Positions 21,754-35,000 of a stretch of DNA of 64,000 nt are shown here, piece after piece. Position numbers and translations under genes: made by a program. Positions within the stretch are counted from its first letter, which is position 1, and each line of letters begins with the position of its first letter. Source of the DNA: Chiloscyllium plagiosum (lineage: Eukaryota). The stretch lies in assembly GCF_004010195.1 (NCBI RefSeq), contig NC_057750.1:20124783-20188782 (forward strand), in the 5' to 3' direction. The notes under the pieces are model-generated. The model searched no databases and was not told where the DNA came from. It worked only from the letters and a program-made list of their open reading frames with translations.

Positions 21754-22869
21754 ATATTCACATCAAGATGTTTCCACAGCCACAGACCTCATGCCTCCTT
21801 CAGAAAACTCCCAACGCTGCTGAGATTCTGAACTCTGATCAAGATAGTCACAACTGGGAGCATAGGCGAGACTTGTCCAGGGCATGTCCTCCAAAGTGGG
21901 GTTCTGGGCGGTGGGGGAAGGTGGTTTTAAAAAAGGTGCAATGTGAGCAGTCAGAGTAAAGTGAGAAGGACAAGCAGCATGAGGGAGACACCACTCTGTG
22001 AAATGTCACCTTCTCTCCCTCCCCACGTCACCCACTTGCTCCAACGCCAGCCTCAGGCTCCTACTCCTCCTTTGCAACGGCTCATAACATCCCACCCCTG
22101 CTTCCCCCCCATTGCAAGGGAGTGTTAATAGTTTCAGCCTTTCCACCACTGGAAGGATAGAGAGTAAATAATCCCTTTAATTATTTATATATATATATAA
22201 AAAATTCCTTTTGTTTTTCAAAAGTCTTTGCTTTTTTCCTTTAGGCTTCTGTCCTTTAAACACCCCCACCCCACCCTCCACCCCCTCCCGTTGATTGCAC
22301 ATTGTCGGCTCCTCAGTGATCGAACTCTCAGACTTGCATAAGAGAGAGCGAGAGAGAGAGAAAAAAGGAGGGAGATCGGGTGGAACATTAAACAGAATTA
22401 AAAAACCACGCAAGTTCTCCTCCCCTTAGGATGGAGAGGAAGCTGCAAATCCCTCTCCATCCACCTTGTCCCACTCAGACCCTTTCCAGCACACCTTGCC
22501 CCCCTCCCCACTAGACCCTGTCACACACTGTTGCATCCCTCTCATGGCTCTCCTGTACATGTATGTGCGCACATGTTTGTGGGGGCTGTGGGGAGGGGAT
22601 GGTGGTTCTCTCTTTCTCTCCTTAAAACTTACAAATGGCTAAAACTTGGATTTACGCATAGAAGGATTCCCACCCGCGTTTAAGCAGGTCATGGAGGAGG
22701 ATTAGGAGAGCTCTCCAGTGTTCAGCTTTCCTCTCCTTACATTCTCCTTCCAGATCCCAAAGGAATTAAAGTCTTGTCAACTTGAGATTCAGTCCCCGCT
22801 GACTGTGTCCAAGAGTCTTTTATGAGGTGCCTCAGTTTCTCTCTCTCTCTCTCTCCGCCTTGCTTGGTC

Positions 22870-23059
22870 TCACACAGAGATTTCATAGGTGGTCCCTCCA
22901 ACTCCTGAGACTTTTTTCACACCTTTACTGGGGCTGAGAGGTGCTCCACTGGCAGCCCCAGGGCAAGGAGGTGTTGACGTCTGCCGCGAGTCTGCCTTGC
23001 TCAGACTTTTGGGCTGTCCATTGCTTTTGTTGTGGGAACCTTTCATCCTCACTTCATCC
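22870..23059 (-). CDS. ZDHHC5: ZDHHC5 last coding exon ending in PDZ ligand EISV
   Basis: [19 protein letters not shown]...[17 protein letters not shown] then TGA at 22872-22870. Confidence 0.95.
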
Positions 23060-26000
23060 CTGTTAAAAAGAAAAGCCAAGTCCGTAAGTAAAGCAAGCAA
23101 GGCGAAGGTACAGCACAGGTTAAATACAATGTAGAACATCTCCCTGATTGTGTTCCCCCTCATTAATACCCAGTGTCAGCAGGAATCCTGGCTGATTTAC
23201 CATCTCTCTGGCTCAGGGATCACTAAACAGTGAAGAGGGGCAGGTATCTACACAGATTTCCTCCCTCTCTGTAAACCTGGGATCTCTATTTAGAAGGAGT
23301 TATCTTCTAAAGAGCTGTTGAGGCTGGGTGGTTAAGTATATACAAGGCTGACATGGAGAGAGGGTTTTATTCAGTAAGGGAGTTAAGGGTTAGGGGGGAA
23401 AAGGCAGGGAAGTGGAATTGAGGATTAGTGAGATCATGATGGATCTAATAAGTGGCAGCATAGACTCAGTGGGCTGAATGGCCTACTTCCGTTCCTAAGT
23501 CTTGTCTTATTTCGAGTCCTGGATCATTTCCTTTCTCTATAAATCTGAGGTCACTGGAATGTGATCAGAGCTGGAAATGTGTTGTTGGAAAAGTGCAGCA
23601 GGTCAGGCAGCATCCAGGGAACAGGAGAATCGACGTTTCAGGCATAAGCCCTTCTTCAGGAATGAGGAAAGTGTGTCCAGCAGGCTAAGATAAAAGGTAG
23701 GGAGGAGGGACTTGGGGGAGGGGCGCCGGAAATACGATAGGTGGAGGGAGGTTAAGGTGAGGGTGATAGGCCGGAGTGGAGTGGGGACAGAGAGGTCAGG
23801 AAGAAGATTGCAGGTCAGGAAGGCGGTGCTGAATTCGATGGATTTGACTGAGACAAGGTGGGNNNNNNNNNNNNNNNNNNNNNNCGGCCTGTCTCCCCAA
23901 TATAGAGGGGGCCACATCGGGTGCAGAGGATGCAATAGATGATGTGTGTGGAGGTGCAGGTGAATCTGTGGCGGATATGGAAGGATCCCTTGGGGCCTTG
24001 GAGGGAGGCGAGGGGGGAGGTGTGGGCGCAAGTCTTGCACCTCCTGCGGTTGCAGGGGAAGGTGCCGGGAGTGGAGGTTGGGTTGGTGGGGGGTGTGGAT
24101 CAGAATGTGATCAGAAGCAGGTACACGGACTGATTTACAACCCTCGCTCTCAATGTAAACCAAGGACAGCAATTACCAGCAGAAAGCAAACTTTCACCAC
24201 TCTCATTCAAAAAGGAAGCAATTTCTCAAGAAGAGTTGCTGCTACAAATATAGAAAAACATGAGAACCAAGCCCCACACAACAGGATCCCACAAATAGCA
24301 CTGTGACAACAAGCAGATCATCAGTCTCAGGACACCATACCCCACTTCCAATTATGGATATGGGATCTTAAGCATTCACCTGAGATGGCTTAGATTTAAC
24401 ATCTCACCCAAAAGATGGCATATTTGACAGTGCTTCATGAGCATTGGTACCAGCTCAGGGATTGAAACAACAGGCTGAACTGGAGCTTTGGGTTCAAGTG
24501 GAGGAGAGTGACCGTTTGTGAGCATCACTGGCAACGCCAGCTTTTGCTCTCCATCTGAAAGCATCCCTTGAAAAGATGGTTCAGCCAGCTTCAGTCAATG
24601 GAACACCTTTATTGCACTCAGTGGTTTAACATGCCGGAGTGTTTTTAAGCCATTTCAAGGATACTGGCATATCACTAGCACTTATCCTGTAATTTTATTA
24701 ATTTCGTTGATGGAGTTTTAAGTTTCAAACTGCCGAGCAGGATGTGAATCCTTCTGGATTATCAGTGCAGGCCACTGGATCACAAATGGAGTAAAACAAA
24801 GTATCAAATTATTCAGGAGGACAGACAGGAATGAAATGAAGCGTCTTTTTCCCTGCTTGACTGAATGGCGATGGGATTTGAGTAAAGGAAGGCTGGCCAC
24901 TCCACATGAATTCAGCCCCTTAAGCCTCTGTCTGTCTGAGAGGTGATGTAATATCTTCACTCTCAGGAATTCTCTCCACCTAGACAGCTGAGCACCCTCA
25001 GTCACTGAGTACATCGAAGACAGATTTTTTTGGGGACAGATACAGGGAATGGGTGGGAAGGTGGAGTTGATAAGGCATGATAGTGTAGAATGGTGGAGCA
25101 TCTCTGGGGGTGGGAGGTACTGAATGGTCATCTCCTGCTCCTAGAATTCACAGCTTTTATAATTGTTCCATTACTCAGAGCTTCTGAGCCAGACTGCCAA
25201 TGGGATTTTACTGCTTCCTGACATCAAGAGCAAATGACACTTTGTAAAATTAAACAAAACATAAAATCGGTTTGAGTGGACAAGGGGCATCTCCAGAGGA
25301 AATGGCCAAGTGGTACTGACACGGGACTGTTAATCCACAGATCCAGATAATGTTCCGGGAACCTGGGTTCAATTCCTGTTGCGGAATTTGTATTCAATAA
25401 AAATCTGGAATTAACAGGCTGGTGCGAACCATGAAATCCTCATCAACTGTTGGGAAAACCCATCTGGTACAGTAATGCCCTTTAGGAAAAAAAGCTGCCA
25501 CCCCTTCCTGATCTGGACCACATGTGAATCCATGCTCTCCGTAATGTGGTTGACTCCTAACTACCCTCTGGGCAATTAGGGAGAGCCAATAAATGCTGGC
25601 TTGGCCAGTGACACCCTCATTCCATGAATATTTTTTAAAAATGAGGCAGTGAAAATATAGTGCAAACGAGATGGAACTTACTTGGGAGCCAGTAGTGGGT
25701 GTGTTGTTGCCAATACTTCACTGGTGTCCAATGCAGCTCCATATGGAGGTCTCGCAACCACATAGGATGTTGACTTGCCCATGGTGGGAGGAGGGGCAGG
25801 AGCCTCAGGAGAGCACATGGAGCGCACCCTGGGAGTTTGCGCGTTACCCTCAGAGACTCTGGAGAAACGTGTAGGCTGGCCAGGGGCTCCACCAGACTGA
25901 GAGGAAGAGGAGGAAGAACAGGTGGAAGGTATAAGTGGAGGTGTAGTTCTCTGGGTTGGACGTTTAAGGCCAGGCGAGCGCCTAGTGTCATCAGAGGACA

Positions 26001-29000
26001 TACTGACCCGGGCATGATGCTGGTGATGGTGGGCAGTGACAGCCGGCGTCTCCTCTGTCCGCAGCAGCTTTTCCCGCTCCTGTCGTGACCGGCTATCGGA
26101 AGAGGAGATGGCCGGGGGCTCCCTGGGGCAGCGGGGAGGGACTCCGTATGCACCAGGGGCTAGTGGGTAGCGGTGGAGGTCTGCCTCCCTTTGCTGAGCA
26201 ATCTTGGCTGACATAAAGGGGGAATGGTAGCCTGTTGGCTCCGGACCTGGCACTGGACAGGGCGACTCAGCTTCTGGGCTACCTGAGGGAGTGGCCAAGC
26301 TGTCGTAGGACAGGCTCCCATTACGGGTCTGGTTGGCCAAGCTCTTGTAAGAGGTAGAGGTGGTTCCCTCAGAGCGAATGGACTGTAGGTGGCTCATCTC
26401 AAAGCCTCCACCATGAGCTGACTTCAGACTGGACGAGCGGGAGCCATTGGAAACAGGCTCAAACTGGAAACTCTTATAGATGGTTGGTGAACGGCATGCA
26501 TCAGACTCCAGATTGGGCTCCGATTTGTAGCTCTGACTCCTGCTGCTCTCATCAATGGGCAAAGGCTCCTTCACAGCTTCACCTCGGGAAATCTAGGGGC
26601 ACAAAAAAATACAAAGTAACATCATTGCTTCACAGGTAATATTGTCAAAAAGTTCCCAGAATGGCATCAAGGATGTGACACTTTAGTGAACGTGGGGAAA
26701 CCACAGAAGCTGGGACTGTTGTCCTCACAGCAGAGAAGGAAAGGCAAATTACTGACCAGAATGACAGGAGGATGAAAGACAGGGAGCTTCATAGTGCGTT
26801 ACTGGGCCACATCAGAGCTTTCAAAGACAATTACAGAAAATTCTAGCAACAAGTATCTGCAACACGCAGGAAAACAACATGGAGCTTCAAATGAATTACT
26901 AACATTGGGGATACTCAAGAGGTCAGAGGTCAGCTAGAGAAGGTTACAGGAACAGGTGGGTGATAGGTTCTGTAAGTGATGACAGTGATAGGGAGGGAGT
27001 GAAGGGGCTATAGGGGGTTACAGAGATAGGGAGGGGGGTGTAGGGGCCGGGGGGGGGGGTTACAGAGATAGGGAGGGGTGTAGAGGCCTGAGGAGGTAAC
27101 ATTAACCCACCCAACCTTCACAATCCTGGACACTACGAACAATTCAGCATGGCCAATCTAACTAAACAGCACATCTTTGAACTGTGGAAGGAAACTAGAA
27201 CACCCGGAGGAAACCCACAGACATGGGGAGAATGTGCAAACTCCTCTCAGATATTCGCCCGAGAGTGGAATCAAACCCAGGTCTCTGGTGCTGTGAGGCA
27301 GCAGCGTTAACCACTGTGCTTCCCCTGACTTGTGGCATTTACTGAGTGGCTGGGTTGCCAGAGCTGTGGGGGTTACAGAGACTGGAGAAAGTGATAGAGA
27401 TAGGGATGATTACACAGATAGGATGAGTTTTAGGTGCTGCAACTAGTTACAACATAAGGGGTTGGAGTCGGGTTAGAGATTTGAAAGGCTACATTGTACT
27501 GACAGTATTCAGTGCTTCCAACCATTTTTGAGCATTCCTGACGAAGGGCTCTTGCCTGAAAAGTCAATTCTCCTGCTCCTCGAATGCTGCCTGACCTGCT
27601 GTGCTTTTCCAGCATCCCGCTCTCAACCACCATGTACAAAGCACAAGTCAGAGGAATGGGATGGAATACTCCTCACCTGCTTGGATGGGTGCAACTCCAA
27701 CAACACTCAAGAAACCCAATACCATCCAGGATAAAGCAGCCCGCTTGATTGGCACCACAGCCACAGGCATCTATTACTTAGTAGTAGCAGTGTGTACCAT
27801 CTACAAGATGCACTGTGGAAATTCACTGAACATCAAAGATGATACCTTCCAAACCCACAGCCATGACATCTTGAGGGACCAACTCCTATACTCAATGCAC
27901 TGACTAACAACAGCAAGTGTACCAAATGCTTTCTTTACTATCCTATCTGAGGGGGAAAAAGTGAGGACTGCAGATGCTGGAGATCAGAGCTGAAAAATGT
28001 GTTGCTGGAAAAGCACAGGTCAGGCAGCATCCAAGGAGCAGGAGAATCGACGTTTCAAGCATAAGCCCTTCTTCAGGAATGAGGAGTTGTGTGCCAAGCA
28101 GGCCAAGATAAAAGGTAGGGAGGAGGGACTTGGGGGAGGGGTGTTGGGAATGCGATAGGTCCTATCTGAGACTCCACTTTCAAGGAACTAAGAAGTTGCA
28201 CCCTAGATTTTTTTTGTTTGGCAACGTTGTTACGGCACTACCATTAAGTGCACAAGTTCCGCTCTGATTTGCCTTATCAAAATGCATATCACATTTATTT
28301 AAATTTACTCCATCTGCCATTCCTCAGTTCATCGGATCAAAGTCCCGCTGAACTCGGAGGTAACCTCCTCCAATTTTGGTGTCGTCTGCAAACTTATTAT
28401 CCATTCCTTCTATTTTCACATCCAAATTATTGATGTAAATGACAAAAAGCAATGGACCCAGCACTGATCCTTGCTGGTCACAGGCCTCCAATCCTGATAA
28501 ACAACCCTCCACCACTATCTTCAAGCCAATTTTGTATCCAAATGCATAGCTCTCTCCCTGTACTCCACATGATCGAATCTTGCTAACCAGTATACCCTGT
28601 GAAATCTTGTTGAACACCTTACAGAAAAACATCTACCACTCTGCCTTCATCAATCTTCTTTGTCACTTCAAGAAACTCAATCAAGTTACTGAGATACTAT
28701 TTCCAACGCACGAAGCCATGTTGACAACTCCTAATCAGTCCTTGCTTTTCCAAACACATGCAAATCCTGTTCTTGAGAATCCCCTCCAACTTACCCACTA
28801 CTGACATCAGACTCCCTGGGCAATGGTTCCCTGGCTTTTCCTGATCATCTTAAATAATGGCACCAACATTAGCCACCCTCCAGTCTTCTGGCACCTCACC
28901 TGTGACTATCGATGTTACAGATATCTCAGCAAGAGGCCCAGCAATCATTACCCACCTCCCTCCAGCTTCTAGGCTACACCTGATCAGGTCCTGGAGATTT

Positions 29001-32000
29001 ATCCACCTTTATGTGTTTTAAGACATTTAACACCACCTGCTCTAATCTGGACACTTGTCAAGATTTTACTATTTATTTCTCAAACTTACATATTCTTCAA
29101 CATGGTAAACAGAGATGCAAAATGCTCATTTAGTATCTTACCAAACTCCGGCAGTTCCACATAGACTGCCTTGCTGATCTTTAAGGGGCTCCATTCTCTC
29201 CCCAGTTACTTGTTTGTCCTTAAATGTATTGAAGAACTTCTTTGGATTCTCTTTAACCCTATCTGACAAAGCTATCCCATGTCCTCTTTTTTACCTTCCT
29301 GATTTTCCTCAGGAGTATACTCCTACTGCATTTGTATTCCTCTAGGGCTTCACTTGATCCCAGATGTCTATATCTGATATATGTCTCCTTCTTTTTCTTG
29401 ACCAGAGCCTCAATTTCTCTAGTCACGCAGCATTCCCTACCCCTACCAGCCTTACTCTTCACACTAACAGGACTCTGGACTTTCATTATCTCATTTTTGA
29501 ATGCTTTCCATTTTCTAAGCATCCTTTGACCTGTGAAAAGGCCTCTCCAGTCAACTTTTGAAAGTTTTTGCCTAATACCATCAAAATTGGCCTTACTCCA
29601 ATTTAGAATTTTAACTTTTAGATCAGGTCTAACCTTTTCCATCATTATTTTAAAACTAATGTAATTATGATCACAGACCCAAAAGTGCTCCTCCATGGAT
29701 ACCTTAGTCATTTGCTCTGACTTATTTCCCAAGGTCAAGCTTGCCTCCTTCTCGAGCAGGAGAAAGTGAGGTCTGCAGATGCTGGAGATCAGAGCTGAAA
29801 ATGTGTTGCTGGAAAAGCACAGCAGGTCAGGCAGCATCCAAGGAACAGGAGAATCGACGTTTCAGGCATAAGCCCTTCTTCAGGAANNNNNNNNNNNNNN
29901 NNNNNNNNNNNNNNNNNNNNNNNNNNNNNNNNNNNNNNNNNNNNNNNNNNNNNNNNNNNNNNNNNNNNNNNNNNNNNNNNNNNNNNNNNNNNNNNNNNNN
30001 NNNNNNNNNNNNNNNNNNNNNNNNNNNNNNNNNNNACGGGGTGGTTGGGTTGGTTGGTCTGGGTGTCCCAGAGGTGTTCTCTGAAACGTTCCGCAAGTAG
30101 ACGGCCTGTCTCCCCAATATAGAGGAGGCCACATCGGGTGCAGTGGATGCAATAGATGATGTGTGTGGAGGTGCAGGTGAATTTGTGGCGGATATGGAAG
30201 TGTCCCTTGGGGCCTTGGAGGGAAGTAAGGGGGGAGGGTGTGGGCGCAAATTTTGCATTTCTTGCGGTTGCAGGGGAAGGTGCCGGGAGTGGAGGTTGGG
30301 TTGGTGAGGGGTGTTGACCTGACGAGGGAGTCACGGAGGGAGTGGTCTTTTCGGAACACTGATAGGGGAGGGGAGGGAAATATATCCCTGGTGGTGGGGT
30401 CCGTTTGGAGGTGACGGAAATGACAGCGGATGATACGTTGTACATGGAGGTTGGTGGGGTAGTAGGTGAGGACCAGTGGGGTTCTGTCCTGGTGGCGGTT
30501 GGAGGGGCAGGGCTCAAGGGCGGAGGAGCGGGAAGTGGAAGAGATGCGGTGGAGGGCATCGTCGACTACGTCCCCCCCCACCCCACTCCGGCCTATCACC
30601 CTCACCTTGACCTCCCTCCACCTAACGCAATTCCAACGCCCCTCTCCCAAGTCCCTCCTCCCTACCTTTTATCTTAGCCTGCTGGACACACTTTCCTCAT
30701 TCCTGAAGAAGGGCTTATGCCCGAAACATCAATTCTCCTGTTCCTTGGATTCTGCCTGACCTGCTGCGCTTTTCCAGCAACACATTTTCAGCTCCTTCTC
30801 TAGCAGGGACATTCATATACTGAAGAAAGTTTTCTTGTACGCACACATTCCTCTCCACCCAAGTCCTTAACACTCTGGCAGTCCCAGTCTATGTTTGGGA
30901 AGTTAAAAGCCCCAGCTATTACAACCCTATTATTCTTACAGGTATTGGAGATCTCCTTACAAATCTGCTTCTCAATCTCAAATGCCTAAGAAATCTCAAT
31001 AAGGTGATAATCCCTTTCTTATTCCTCAGTTTCACCCAAATAAGCCTCACTGGACATACTCCCAGAAATATCCCAATTACAGCTGTAATTTTATCCTCAA
31101 CCAAGAATGCCAATCCCCACTCTCTCCTTCCTACAGCATCTGAACTATGGAACATTAAACTGCCAAACCTGCCCCTCCCTGAGCTATGGTTCTGTAATAG
31201 CAGTGTTTTCCTAGTCCTATGTTTCCAACCATGCCCTGAGTTCATTTGCTTTACCGGTCAGGCCTTTTGCACTGAAATAAATGCTGTTTAATTTAGCAGT
31301 CTTAATTTGTCCTCTGCCTTGCTCTTGCTTGCCTTGACTATTTTACTTACCCCTCTGTCAACTGTACCAGCCTCAGACTTATCTCTTTGGGTCCCACTGA
31401 CCCCCCTCTTTGTCTCCTGTCTGCCAGCCAGTTCTTTATCCATTTCAATACTGTTCTTTGAATCCCACGCACTTTGATTTTACATGCTATGATGATATGA
31501 GAGGTCTTATTGAATGCCATCTGAAAAGTGTCATTTGATTTTTAATTCAAATTCTGTTCACATCACTTGCTCAGCCGCCATGGTGGGATTCAAAACTAAG
31601 TCCCCCAAGCATTATCTGGATTACAAGTGTAGCAACAATACTATGCCATTCCTCCTCACCACACCAGGCCCCCCACCCAAAAGGTGGGCCACAGAAAAGG
31701 AGGAAAAAATGTTTTCAATGGATAACAAGAGGTTGTAACTATCATGAAGACACGAAAGAAACTGGCACTCTTTTCTCCAAGCTAAAGAGAGCCCGGGGAG
31801 GGGGGGTGATCTGTGCATTAAAATGTCACATTTGGAAAAATTTTGATCAGGTAGATGAAGATGTTTCAATTTGAGAGAGACAGCTACATTAGGATGTAAG
31901 ATAGTCACAAATAAATACTTGAAACCCAAGCACTGGCAGATCTACGGGGAAAGATAAGAGTGGAAAAGAGAATAACTGGTCTCGGAGTCTGCACAGGTAC

Positions 32001-35000
32001 AAGGGGCAGGATAGGCTTCTACTACAAAATCCAATTTGCAATTCACAAGAAAGTCACCTAGAGAGTGGGGACAATGTGAAATGCTTTCCCCAGAACAAAT
32101 GGCTGAGATGAAGGATACTGGTGTGTTTACATGGAAGCTGGATAAACCATAAAGGGGAAAGGAATCAAAGATCTGTCAATGAGAGAGGATTGGAGTGAAT
32201 GGGTTAGAGACTAAAAAAAAACTGCAGATGCTGGAATCCAAAACAGACAAGCAGGGGACTGAAAGAACACAGCTAGCCAGGCAACATCCTGTGTTCTTCC
32301 AGCCTCCTGCTTGTCTATCTTGTAGTGAATGGGTGCAGGGTAGGTTTGTGGGCAGTAGTGGTGGTAGTGAAGTGGGACAAGAAGTTGCACATGAACAGCA
32401 TAAAAATTAACAGTGAGCAGGGCTGAATGGCCTTCCACTGCACTGTACACCCAATGCAGTTCAAAGTGACAAGCTAGTGGCTGCAGGATGGGAAAGAAAA
32501 CATACCTTTTCACTGGCGGAGTGCGTGAGAGCAGTGTGGTTGCGCCCTGGGCTGTTGTAGGCTGGCCTGTACTTGTACATAGTGGGTGTTGGTGGGTTGT
32601 CCATTCTGTTCAGCAAGTTACTCTCTGCACCAGGATGGCAGTGGGAGAAAGATGGGGAGAGATTAAAACCACTCTGGTCAATGGTAAGCTGAGGGAAAAC
32701 ACACAGAAGCACCTGCCTCTAAGAACAGCAGTGGCATCAATTTATACACTCGGCAAAAATCTAATTCCTGCTGCGACCCTGGATGCCCTTTTCCACCACC
32801 TACATATCCAACTGCACTTGATCTTTCACAAGATGATCAACTCAGAACACCAAAACCAGCTGACCCTCAGGGCAGTGAGATGCCAGAGTGGGAACCAGAC
32901 AAAGTTACTGTCAGCTGTTTAACACTTCCTCCTGTGCATGTCTCCCAGAATGTTAAATGTGACTGCACACAGATGGGGTGAAGGCACAGAGGCAGTTGCC
33001 AGGATTCAGCCACTCCAAACACACGAGATCCCCTAAATTTTGTCCCCTATTATTTAAAAGTGTAGCATGCACACCCCGCCACCACAGACATAATGGGGAT
33101 TGTCCACTCACCCTCGTTTGTTGCCAGTGACAAGTGAGCCCTGAGGCCTGAGTAACGGTGTAACTCGGGTTTAGGCGGAGGAGGGGGCTCAGCATCAGCT
33201 GACTGGCTTTCCATAACCTCCAGACTTCCTTTGGACTATAAGGAAAAACAGAAATGGAGAGTTATTCTGCCAAAATTGAAGTGTTAAATGTCCACTTCAC
33301 ACAATACTTTTAAAGCAGCAGTGACATCAGAGTGGAAATTTCTGTTACTTTTGTGGAACTCGCCAGTGTCACCACCTTGCCCTTCATCAGAGTGCCACCC
33401 CTCACCTCAATGTCACACCTCAGCACCCAAAGTCAACTTCCTGGTATCCCATGCCCCAGCGTCACTCCACATGCATGAGATTCCAGAGTCACAAGCTAAA
33501 AGAATTGTTCCTCCCCTTCTCTATCCGAGCTTGCCCTGTATTCTTACCAGTGACCTCTTGAGGTTTGTTTGAATGCCATTGTCCATCAGCTTCATGGTGA
33601 CCTCAGTGTCCGAAACCAAGGGACGCAGGAAGGGAGTCTGGACTGGAGTAATAAACTCCCTCCTCTCTCGGCTGATGTACCTGAAGGAATGTAAATGACA
33701 AAGAGTAAAGTTACCAAAGCTCGAGCAGACCATTGGGCTGCTCTCTTCTTAAAGAGACGACTGGTACTAGTTTAACCTGAGAGTCACCAGGCCTCAGGTG
33801 AAGCGAGAGATTGTGAAGGAGAGTCCTTCATGGTAACCTCACCTAGTGTGGGAATTTAACTCACTCTGTTGGTATTACTCAGCATTACAAGCCAGCCGAC
33901 TGAGCAAACCAACCCAATCCTGAAAGAACGACACCGAAGTGGAAACAGTGGTGGCACATCTAAGCATTTCAGTGGAGAATCTCACTGCACTGTGGAGATC
34001 AGGTCAGTGCACTGTCAGAAGATCGGTCCAGAGGGGGCACCACACTGTCAATCCTGACTGGGTGCTCTCAGGCTGGGCAGTCAGCATTGCTCCGGCAGAG
34101 TATCAGTAACAATGCAGTACTGCTGGAGGTGCCATTTTTTAAAAAGAGACATTAAAATTCCCATCCTTTCAAGTGGATGTAAAGATGGTTAGTCACGCTG
34201 CTTCTTCGATAACACGTTCAAAACCTGAAAAGTGCATTGGGGGTTCCTGAAATATGTACGGCACAGTAAAAATACAAGTCATCTTTTTCCCTGTGGAATA
34301 CAAACTGTGTATTTGGCTGCAATTTATTAGAGCACAGCAGGCTTTGGCGAAGTGGATAGTGGACTTGAAGAGACGGTTAGTAGGGTTCTGTGGAAAAGTG
34401 ACATAGTAGCAGCTTCGTACCTGGGTGCTTGTGAGCTGCACAGGACGTATGAGATATTCATCCAACAGCCCTGCGTGAAGGGATTTACTCCACCTCGGAA
34501 TTTCCCAGTAACCTAAAACAAGAGAAGGGCATTTTATTGTGGAAACGCACACAGATAAATCAGACAGTGACCTGGACTTCTGGGGCAGTTGTGACATCCT
34601 CAACTCTAGTCAATTTGGTCTCTCTCCACTTCCCCATCATTGCTTGGTCTTCCGTTACAATGGACTGGATCAATTCCAACCCCAGCCTCTTTCCAAAATG
34701 CCTCCCCTTCATTGTGAATGCCATTATCCCATAAATCTAGTTTCCGCAGTACAGAGACAGCACAAAAGAGCACACAGTCCATTGACAACCCACAAACTCT
34801 ACCTCACAGTCATTCTGATCCCATCAATCCACGTAACATTTCTCCCAATTTCTCACCACTGATAAGCCAAAATTATTTGTGCCCTTGGCATGGACTCAGC
34901 ACGGGAAAAGCAGCAGGCTTATTCTTCAGTCTGTTACATTGACTGTGGAACAGGAGGATCCACATTCAGCTGCTTCGACAAACAAACAGTAGACCTATTC

